A DNA stretch of 32,044 nucleotides from Kipferlia bialata (Eukaryota). Of this stretch, positions 12,501-23,800 are shown piece after piece. Position numbers and translations under genes: made by a program. The stretch's first letter is position 1, and the number at the start of each line of letters is the position of its first letter. The stretch covers positions 1 through 32,044 of the forward strand of contig BDIP01000092.1 in the NCBI GenBank assembly GCA_003568945.1, read 5' to 3'. The notes below the pieces were generated by a model, which saw nothing but the letters and a program-made list of their open reading frames with translations, did not search any database and was not told where the DNA came from.

Positions 12501-14558
12501 GCATCTGGCGTCAAAGTAGGCAATGATGATCAGGATCAAATGAACTCACTAATCCTTTATGGTAACTTGACATATACGTGTGGTTCACGAGACAAGGATG
12601 ACCAATAGTGTTTCTATACCTGCTCTCGGACTGTGCCTTGCCAGGTGTGTACTGACCAGGCCCGAGTATCATGGCAAGCATCAGGTCCTCCTCGTTGGGT
12701 GCCCCTGGCGTCAGTCTATGCTCAATGTATGTACAGGGTATATATATATATATGAGGTATGATGCATACCGTAGTACAGACACAGACAGTTTTCGATAAA
12801 CGAGGTCCAGCACCCGGTACTGACAACATGTAAATATAACTCCCTTCATTTACACTATCATGTAATACCGACATACTCACGTACCTGTCTCCGACCTGAG
12901 GAATGCGCTGCACAGAGTGGCACCGCAGGACATGACCTCAGGGGACTCGGGGTGGAGGATCATCTCCTGGATGATAATCTGGGGGTAAGAAGGAGTCATA
13001 AGGGTATGATCGATACGTTTGAATGCCGTGCCTTCTGGCTCATGTGCATCATGGCGCCACTCTCCCTGCCCTTAATCAGGATGTGTTCTGGGTGTGAGGT
13101 GAACCTGTGACAATCACGAGCTCTCCATCTGCTCATGTTGCATGGTATATAGTGGTTGCGAAGTATCAACCACCGTACCTCCTTGGGCTGCCGATATGTG
13201 GCACAGTATCTGCAGGCACGGCACCACTACTGTCAGGTCGCTCTCGTACTGACAGACAAGGCTTATCAACTGGTCCACGAAACCGTGTTGAGGCTTGGCG
13301 AGTGACTCACATGTTGCTGGGGGTCAGGGTCGGCTACAGACGTGGAGATATAGAGTACTGCCACTCTTCGAATATCTGTAGGAGTGGTGACTCACCCTCT
13401 GAGGATGCTATGTGACCCAGGATGGTCAGTGAGTGTGTCACAACACTCTGGGACTCAGGGTAGTGGTGAAGGGAGAACTTAACACACGAGGGAATGTTCC
13501 CAGCCACCATTGCCTGTAGGGCAGGGTCATCTGGGGGGTCAGCATGGGCAATAGTAACCCTGAGTACAATCCATCTCAATTTCTATTTCTTTTATCTATC
13601 TATATATATGCTACGAAGGGAGTGACCATGTTCCCCACCTGTGTTCTCTGGGTCTGACAGTGTCTGGGCGGCTGCTCTCAGTACAGGCAGCAGGGTGCTC
13701 AGGGAGGGGTGGCCCAGGGAGTGTAGGGCCTGGGGTCAGAGGGGGAGGAGGGGGTTCTGTCAGTATACAACACACTGAGGAGTGCTCCTAGATAGAGGAC
13801 AGTAGTTGATACCTCGTGGGCTATCACGGCCTCCTCTTCCTCCATGAGGAGCTCAGCTGCACTCTTGGGGGGCACAACCTCCTCTAATGCAGGACTGGGG
13901 TGGGGGTCAGTCTCTGAGATCTCGTCGGACTGGATATCAGTGACCGTGGGAGTGGGGATCGAATAGACGTTAGACTGCGGTGTCCTCTAGATGTGTGACA
14001 AATACCAAATCCCCACCATATGCTGCATGAGAGGTAGAGAGACACTCAGAAAAGCAGGTGACGCTGTATACTCTACAAGATGGAGACCCTACTGTAGAGT
14101 ATGGATTGATGGATTGATGGATTGAAAACATGCATGAACCAATAGGATGGATAGAGACTGGGGTCAGAGTTACAGATGATACTAAGATCTCCCTGTATCA
14201 GAAGCGCGTCCACACCCTAACCCACCTCCACGTCCAGACACTGGTCCAGAGAGCATGTCTCCTGACACACAGGGCAGAGGAACTCTCCCCCAGTCTCTGT
14301 CTCCCCAGCAGACTCTGCCTCCAGTCCCCTGGCCTCCCAAAGGCACTCTTTGTGGAAGGTGTGCTTGCAGGGAGTCACCAGGAGAGGCAGGTTCTTGGCT
14401 GGGGTGAGGAGGAGTAAGGGCGCCGAAGTGACTTGGATTGAATGGACCCAACATGTCATGAAACTGGAACACATCATTGCCCCCGTCATTATAACTTCAT
14501 ATAGATGTATCGTGTAGGGTCACTTACCGTTTGAGCAAATCTGACACTTATCAGACAT
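9534..14558 (-). CDS. RING-H2 finger plus ARM/HEAT-like helical repeat protein (putative E3 ubiquitin ligase), many short exons
   Basis: Exon 1 (14558-14528, MSDKCQICSN) splices in phase to 14398-14226 (AKNLPLLVTPCKHTFHKECLW...CPVCQ), giving C-x2-C...C-x-H-x2-H-x2-C...C-x2-C. Later exons give repeated ARM-like helices: SLHHYPESQSVVTHSLTILGHIA, VCQYESDLTVVVPCLQILCHIS, MILHPESPEVMSCGATLCSAFL, VLDFGKESLPICSHALSVVLRMAK, AERHRDNPTILTHACTILSSLV. The last exon ends EAVATLKERLAE* at 9534. Junctions were traced in frame from 14558 to ~11830; the 3' part is less exactly resolved. Confidence 0.75.
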
Positions 14559-14803
14559 ACTGAGTGAGTCAAGAGAATCAGACTGAGAATCAGACTGAAC
14601 TCCACGTACACCCTTTTGGCAAAAACCGGATATCTCTATAACTGCCGACTATAGACCCAATATCACAGAAACAACAGAGCAACAAATTGGTGATTCTTTA
14701 TATGCTAAATGTCACATCAGGTGTGACACCATAATTGGTATCAGTAAGTGATAGAGGAATGGGGTACTGGAAGGAGCCCTCTTATGAGTAATATGATATT
14801 GAA

Positions 14804-17800
14804 TTAGATCTCGCTTGTAACCTCGTTGGTCTGCCTGACGACACCAGGCAGCTGTGGGAGGGTCATGCCCTTGGGAGTGTGTCTCTCACCGCTCCTCCCA
14901 GCCTTACGCGGTGAAAGTCTGCCATCGCCCACTTTGAGTGCCGCAAAGAGCAGCACCCTCTCCTCCTGTGCCACCAGGACATCCAGGCCTGATGTCATGC
15001 ACCCCTCAGTGGACACCTCCTGTGCAAGGGTGGCCCTCTCCTCATCAGAGGCTGGACGGCCCTTGACGACCAGTGCATAGGCAGTACCGGCACCGATGTC
15101 TGGGGGAGGGGTGGACCCATCGGCTGGGGGGGAGAGAGAGGGAACAACGGCACCCAGGGCCACCTCGAGGCATAGCACCACGGGGTAGGACCCTGCTGCC
15201 TCTGAGCCAGAGAGAGCACCCTGCTTAGAGGTGGCTGTGGTGACTGCAGCCTGGAGAGAGGTGGTCATGTACACCCCCCTGCCTAGTGGCCCTACATGTA
15301 CCAGGGGGAGGTGCTTGTCTGTGATGCCGGAGAGAGTGGTGCCGATGTATGCTATGCACCTGTCCACCTTGCCCAGGCTGCCCCTCAGGGATAGCCGCCT
15401 GGCCTGACAGAGTCGGGAGAGTATTCGGCTGCACTCCTGGGGACACTCCTTGGAGACTGAGAGACGAGACACACTGAGGGTGGATGCGTAGGCACTGTGT
15501 GTAGAGGCTGGGATGTCTAGCAGGACACACCCTTCAACAGACGCACGCATCTTGTCAAGGTGGGAGGCAGACACTCCCCTCAGAAGCAGCCGGGATATCA
15601 CCTCCCAGGCCTTGTCTGCACCTATGTATACACCTCTCAGGGGGTCTGGGGACTCAGTGACACAACCCACAGTACGTGTGTACCAGGTGGCCTCGACCAC
15701 CTCCCTGCAGCATCTGGGCTGCACTAGGAGCTTGTCCGATATCTCCCTCTCTGCCCTCTTGTATGCCTGTGCTATGGCGGGCCAGGAGGCGGAGGAGGCG
15801 GCACGGAGACCTGCAACGACAGTGGCCACGTCCTGTCCCCCCACCCTGCTGAGGATGTCTGCGAGGGCAGAGAGTGTCTTGCCTGCATCTGCCTGTGCCT
15901 CTAGCACACCGGTCTTGACAGCAGAGTCTCTGCGCTTGAGGACTAGCGGGGGTGCCAGGTCCCTGGCCATGTTACCCAGGGCATGGGTGCACACGACGAC
16001 AGAGGAGTCAGGCTGGACGACGATGCTGGACTCAAACAGAGTGTGGAGGGGGGACTTGGCCGTATGAGAAGATAGTGCGGCCCTGACCAGCTGCAGACAC
16101 ACCTGCATGTGAGGGAGAGATATACCGGTACTACATTACACACATGATCAGAGTACTTCTCACCTGCAGTCTCTGGTCCACGTATGGGGCCACTGAGAGG
16201 TGGTCTTTGAGCGACACCCCCTCGACGTCTGCAAACACTATCGCAGCTATGGTGTTGACCCTAGGGGGCACAACAGTGTCGCACGCAGTGATAACCGAGT
16301 CAACCAGGTCACTGTTGGCACTGCCAGAGACGGTCACCCTCGCGGCAGAGAGAGAGAGAGAGGAAGGTGTGGCGGCCCCTGCATGGTCTCCCATCAGGAA
16401 CCCGACCTCGGCATACCCCAGCACCTGCAGGTAGTGCCCACTGCACTTAGGATGACTGTACTTACATAACGCAGCCAGGTCCCTCTCGAAGGCAGCCTTC
16501 TCAACCCCATTGCGCACCACAACTGGCAGAACCCTGCCACGGCAGCCCAGGGAATCGATTGTGACGGGCACCAGCACGTTGTTGAGGGGCATCCCTGTGG
16601 CTGTATGCAGTCTCATGCTGCCGGCACTCAGCTTGGGAAGGTTGGATACCTTGGTGACTGACACATCTGGGGAGGGTAGCACACCCTTGGCTGAGCTCGG
16701 CTTGTCACGTACATTCAGGGAGGGGAGGGACCGACCGAGTATGCTCTTACTCGATGGAGACAGGACCCGCTTGGAGAGAGGGGACCTGCCCTTCTTGAGT
16801 GGGGACGTTGGTGACGTTGTGGTTGCCTTGCGTGCTAGGGACACAGAGTACACGCCAAACCCAACACTGAGCACTGACACAATCAGAGAGACCCCCGCCA
16901 CAAGGGTCAGATGATCGCTGGATAGGCCTGGGGATGGAGTCTCGACCTCAGGCTCAGCTACCACAGAGACACTGGTTAGTACTGAGGCCGTACCATACTT
17001 GACTACAACAGAGTACTCTCCCTCCTCAGTTAGAGATGTCTCGTACCCATACCCACCCGTTGTCTCCTGGGCATCAGCACGTGATACAGTATTGCCGTCC
17101 GCGTCCCTCAGTAGCACTCTGACGCTGAGGCCAGACACGTGGGTCAGACATGCATCAAGGGGTCGGACACTCAGGGTAAGGGGGTCCCCTGGCTGTATGG
17201 AGCTGGGCATGACAACTGTAGACAGCTCAGGCACCGCCACCTGGGCCACTTCCAGTACCATCTCTCTAATGACTGTATCCCTGAGGGAGAGGGAGAGGGT
17301 GTGGGAACCAGGGGAGGGGGGTGCCTCTAGGCCTAGGACATACCCCTGCTCAGCCTGTGAGTAGAGGGGCGCCAGGGTGTGCTCCCCGTCCCACCCAGCA
17401 GTCAGGACAGAGGAGAGATCAACACCCACAGGCAGTACACCAGCCTCATCCAGCAGTTGAATGCTGAGACTAAGCTCCTCACAGGTACTGGCGTGGGAGA
17501 GAGATAGGCCTGAGACACCGCCAATCCAGAGGTTCTGTGGGACCTCCTCCTTGGTAGTGGCCACCCCCACCCAGCTAGGATAGAAGGCGTCGGAGGGGTC
17601 CACTGTGACCTTGATGGCCACCTGTACACTCTTCGAAAGTAGCAGACTACCCCCCACATACACTCCCAGGGAGTGCTGGCCTATGCTGTGGGACCCAGTT
17701 GGACCGAAGATGGACACCGCGTAGGTATTAGACGCAGAGTGCCACTCGACCAGCCCAGCCTCCGCCGGGTCTGAGTCGTCTAGGCAGTCCCACTGTACAT

Positions 17801-20800
17801 ACACATCCAGAGGGGTATCCACCTGTGTCCCTAAGGCGTCTATGAGAGATAGATTGCCAGTCAGAGTGTCACCTAGGCCCAGTGTATCAGACACCCCAGA
17901 GAGGGTAGACTGTGTGGACACATAGTGTTCACCAAGGTTGTGGTCTGATACTAGCAGCAGAGACACGACCCCTGAGGCAGTCTCCTCCAGCAGAGTGCTG
18001 CCCACATATGCAGACACCGTGTAGGTGCCCTCAGATGCAGGGGTGTATGTGTATGCATACTGTCCTGTTGCCACCTCCGAGGCCTGACCCCTCTCTATGG
18101 CCACGGGGGATGGGCCGGAGAGCACAGACACCGTCAGATCAAGCACAGTCAGGGGCAGGGACTGGCTGTTCCTAGGGTAGACAGTGATGGTGATTGGGGC
18201 CCCTACTGCTGTCTGCTGGGCAACCTCCAACCCAGACACTGTCTTGGAGAGGGTGTTGTCTGTCTGCATGGGTACCACACTAGATAGTAGCAGAGCGGGT
18301 GTAGACCCTGCAGAGGGTAGGCTCACAGCCATGGTACACGACGACCCCATCCCGCCCCTGCCATACACTCTGTAGACAGACAGGGACGCACTGTGCGAGA
18401 GAGACACAGACGCACAGTCCCACTCTACACTAGGGGAGAGATTGGCACTGATCAGAGAACCATACACGTCGCGTAGTTCGACCTTGGCAATGAATGCCTC
18501 GAACTGATAAGTGGGGAGGTCAGATATAGAGGAGAGGCTGGGAGACACATAAATCATCTCTCCCTCGTGGGAAACAGCCACTCCAACCGACAAGACCTCT
18601 GACAGTACCACACTCACTGAGTCATCAACAGAGACCGAGGCCTCCACCGAATACACCCCATCTGTGGGTATGCTCAGTGTGTGTGTGTACTCCCCACCGA
18701 CAACTGTGTCTGTAACAGTGATGGAAGCACCCAATTGGTTTCCGTCAATGTCTCTCACCAACAGTTCCACCTCTGCGCCGTGTATAGTGGCACCACACCC
18801 ATCAAGGGGGTAGACAAAGACGGAGAAGTCCTCCCCCACACCTGCCCCAGGTGGAACGACCATAAACGACATGAGAGAGGGGGTCTGTGTCACATCGAGG
18901 ACCTTAGTATCCACCTGGACAGTATCCAGGGTACACTCGAAGGAGTGTGCACCAGGTGTCGGGGGAGCAGTGCCCACGAGTGAGTAGCCACTGTCCCCAT
19001 CCCAAACAGGTACTGAGTCGAGTGCCCCATCCAGTCCACACACAATGTATGAAGAGAGATCAGACGCCACATGCCCTGCCGTATCGTGTAGGGTGAACGA
19101 GGTGGAGGCCGGGCCACAGGTGGATAGCGTATCGAAGCTGACCCCAGTGATCCCGGACACATACACACCCTCAACAAAGACACCCACTGAGACACTCCTG
19201 GAGAGGACAAGGGACCCGTCAACATAGACAACAATGTTCCTAACCCCACACTCATCAAAGGATGTGCGGGCAGGGAGGGAGAGGGAGTACTGTCCACCTT
19301 GATGAACTACACTCCCAGAGACTCCGTCACCCCACTCCACCGACACTGGAAGTACCCCTCCCACCACGGTACCCCATCCATCCCTGAGTGTCAATGTACA
19401 CTCCACAGGGGACCCAAGGGAGACAGAGGGGGCAAGGTCAGTGACAGACGATTCGGTTGATGACACAAACACGTCAGAGCCATTGTCATCCACCACAATG
19501 CTGGACACCACACCGTTGTCAGTACACTCAAGTAGAACACTCCCCACATACCCACTCACAGTGTAGGTGCCCTCCTCTGTGGGAGTGTATGTGTATGTGT
19601 ACACACCAGGTGTGGTCTCGAGGGCGTCTCCCCTGAGCACCGTGACTAGGGGTCCAAGGAGCACAGACACACTGACAGTACGGCCTAGCAGTGCCACACC
19701 CTCCTGGTTCCGAGGGTACACAGAGACAGTGAGGGTATCACCCACTGACACCTGGGAGGCTGTAGACACCGTGGACTGGGCCTGTGACAAGATGTAGGGG
19801 TCGACAAAGGACACGGTACGTGTAGTTATTGAGACCCCATTGACCCCTACACTCAGTGTGCACTCCCCACTTTGAGGTGCTGTGCCACTGACTGCATACT
19901 GAGACACACCCTGCACCCAGGCGACAGACACTGACCCACAGTCCCATGTAACAGAGGGAGATATGTCGTCAGGTATCAGGGTCCCATTGACATCATAGAG
20001 ACCCACTCTGACGTCAAAGGCCTCTCCACTGACAGTGGGCATGCCCGTCAATGTGTAGAGGGAGGTGGAGATGTAGTGCACAGCGCCACCACTGGTGACA
20101 CTAGTATGTGCCACATAGAGAGCCTCGGACACAGACACAGTACCCACAGATAATGTGACAGAGTACTGTCCTGGTACAGTGACCTGGGTATCCATCTCAT
20201 AGACACCGCCGGTACCACTTATGGTGTACCTACCGATGTCTGCATTATGGGAGTCAGCCACTCTGACCTCCACCTCCAGACCCTCTATCACCACTCCACA
20301 CGCATCAAGAGGGGCAACAGATAGAGTGAATCTGGTCTCAGGGACCACAGATACAGGCAAGGAGAGGATGGAGAGCGAGGTTGGTATCTGGGAGACGGAA
20401 ACAGTCTCCGAAAACACAATCTCTCCTTGCAGGGATATTGAAAACACATGGTCTCCGGTGGTATTGGGAGCGGCTGTGGCAATACTGAAGGTGTCGACTG
20501 CATTGAATACAGCTGGTAGTGATAGATCCCCATCCCACCCTGCCAGCACCAGTGAGGTTATGTCCTGGGTACATGGGACAGAGGCGGTGTCCAATACCTG
20601 GACAGATAGAGACATGGACTCACATGTACCAGCGGCTGATGGATACACCACAGACACACCGGACACATGCACGTCTGACCCACCTCCCACTGTGTCAGGT
20701 ACTATAAGGGCAACAGAAACATCAGATGAGAGGAGATGCCTCCCATCGACTGAGACGTCAAAGGAGTGGACCCCAACGGCATCGATACCACCTGGTGCAA

Positions 20801-23800
20801 CGAGGGATAGGGTGTATGTGTGTGCAGACACATCCCATGTTACAGTACCAGGTGTGAGATCACTCCAGTGGACAGTTACGGGAAGCTCTGTCTCAACTAC
20901 CACGGAGGAGGCATCGCGTAGAGTGAGGGTGGCAGTAGCGGCACCGCCAAGTGTCACTGTACCCGAGACATCTGTCACTGAAGAGCGAGAGGAGACCCAG
21001 TGACTGGCACCTCCAGAGACTGCCACATCGTAGAGAGACACCTTTCCAGCGGCTGTATCCTCTAGAGATGTGTTACCAGCATATGCTGTCACACTGAAGG
21101 AACCCTCCCCGTTGGGTGTATACGTGTATATGTATACACCTGGTGTCGATGTGCCAGTGGCCACACCCCTAGTGACTGTGGAGAGGTCTCCACTCAGTAG
21201 GGAGGTGACCAGAGGCTCTGTAACAATGCTGACAGTGACAAGCAGGTCGTCCACCGCCACCCCATACTCATCCACAGCTGTCACAGATATGGTCCCTGCC
21301 TCCCCTACTGCCATGCATGTGGGTGCATCCACACCAGACAGTACCGCAGACACAGTGGGGCTAGGGGTCAGGGGCACGGTCTCTGTAAGCACAGACACCC
21401 CTCCCACAGTCACAGTAAGCACACATTCACTGGATGTACCGGCAGTGCCAGACACAACGTACTCAGATGTCCCACTCTCAAACACAGTTGATACAGTGCC
21501 GCATGACCATGTGACAGAGGGCGAGAGGTCCACAGGCACAACAACACCAGCAACGTCAAAGAGAGAGACTCTGCAGGCAAAGGGTTGGGACAAGTGGGAC
21601 GGTAGGTCAGACACAGTGTTGAGCAAAGAGGAGACGTGATAGACGTCTGACCCAACAGTGACAGATGCATCAGCGATGTGTACCACACTGGACCCTGTGG
21701 TGCGTAACTCCTCGAGTGCCGCAGTGATCGTGTAGACACCCTCGGCTGCTATCTGACAGTCATGTGAGTACACACCACTTGCCTCTGAGGCAGGGTATGG
21801 TCCATAGACCACACTCCCCTGGGAGTCTGTGCCAGTGAGGGTGACAGTAAGGCCCTCTATAGGGGCCAGACACCTATCCTCAGGCTCCACTGTCACTCTG
21901 AAGGGGGTACCTGGGGTGGAAGACTCAGCAGCATCCAAGAAGCCTAGTCCATAGAGCTGCTGGTACACATCCACAGTAGGGCCAGTGTACACAACAGAGT
22001 CCAGGATACATGAGAGAGTGTGCAAGCCCTCGTCGGAAGGGGCTTGGATGTCTAGCGTGTACGTAGGCGATGTGAATGAGGTAGGGACGTCCCTAACCCC
22101 ACCCCAACCACACAGTAGAGGGACTGAGAGGACGCTAGAGACTACCCCGCCCCCAGCATCCAAGAGTTGTAAGAAGATGGACTTCGAGTGACATGTCCCC
22201 ATCTCAGCAGGCATGGTGTCTAGCCCATGCAGCTCATACACGTCGACAGGGGACCCGTGCTCATCATACACCCTCTGCACTATGTAGATAGACTCGGTCA
22301 GCAAGGGGCACCCACCAACAGACACAGAGAGAGAGAGACTGGTACCCAGGGCAGTGCTGGCAGAGGGGGCCGTCAGGGTGAGGGTGTAGAAGCCAAAGAC
22401 GCTGTCATAGGAGACTGACCCTGCGGCTCCCCCTTCCCATCCGACAGAGACCACTAGCTCCTCAGAGACCTCGTCATCCCACGCGTCGTGTAGGGACAGA
22501 TCAACCTCCAGCACAGCACCAAGGGGAACTGTGGATGGCATGTTTGCAATGGAGGACAGAGCAGCAGACACAAAGACTGGGTCTCCCCCTCCAACAGGTG
22601 TGGCCACACAGTCAACAGACCTGCCAGACATAGAAGCATGGAGGATGTCAGAGTTGACACGGGCAGAGACCGTGTAGGTACCCGCGTGGGTGGGTGTGAA
22701 TGTGTGGGTGAAGACACCGGGAGAGGTCTCCACCGCGGTGACCCTTGATATGGATGTGGGGGTGGGGCCAGTCTTGATGGACAGCTGGACAGAGGGAGAG
22801 GGAATGGGTACCAGACAGGCGTCCTTGGGTTCGACGGATATCACAGATCCCACGCCAACCGCACTCTGGCGTCAGATACTATACAGAGACACAGATACAT
22901 ACAGTTAGTTCTCCATTATTACACATTCACACCCACCTCTGTTGGCACTGTGAACACGGACTCCATCTGGGACATCGGCCCTGTCGTAGTAATGCTGGCA
23001 TCAACCTCTAGGACAGGGGAGGCCCCTACAGATACTACAAACGTGGCAGTTCCCAAGCTACAGTGTGTCCCACTCATGTTGTAGGAGGACCCAGTCCAGT
23101 ACACACGGTCAGATACCACACCGTTCACCGTCAGCCCTGGGGAGAGGTCCACCAGGAGAGAGACTCCGTCTAGGTCGGCTAGCTCCAGGGAGACGTTGTA
23201 GTTGCCAGTGGTGGTAGGCAGGTAGGATAAGGTGGAGGACTGGGACGATACATACGTGGTCACACCCTCATCCTCAAAAACTGCGGCAGCCACTACGAGG
23301 GGTATAGACGTAGACGCCAGCCCCGTGAGAGAGAGGGTTACTGTGTACTCTCCCTCCACTGATAGGCCAGATGGTAGGGGGTAGGAGTATACCCCAGGGG
23401 TAGTCTCTAACACAGACGCTGATAGCACAGAGGTGCCATCCTCAGAGGTAATGGACAGAGGGAGGGCCAGACCTGGCACGGCGTCTCCGCAATAGTCAAT
23501 GGGATACAGCTCCACAGAGAACACCTCCCCGGCAGCGACATGGTCAGGCGCAGTCAGGTAGGACGATGCATCGTGTAGTGTCTGTGTCGTAACTAGAGAC
23601 TGTGTCGCAACCTCCACCCCCTCCACCTTAGCAGAGAAGGAGGACGTTCCAAAGTGGCCATCGCATAGGGTGCCAGTGGCTGAGTATGTGGATGAAGGGT
23701 CATCCCACTCTAGGGCCATGGCATCTCCATCCCACAGTACCTCAGGGGATAGATCTGTACCGATGGGAGTGCCTGTGAGGTCCATGAGGGTAAGGGTCAC

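Noticed and set aside
14573..14596. gagaatcagact x2 just upstream of the RING gene ATG as a promoter element
   Set aside because: Two-copy 12-mer not seen upstream of the other genes; cannot be distinguished from slippage.
19626..19634. RGD tripeptide in the receptor stalk (VLRGDALE)
   Set aside because: Single occurrence in ~4,400 aa, not conserved in sister repeats (TRGVA, ERGQA); expected by chance.
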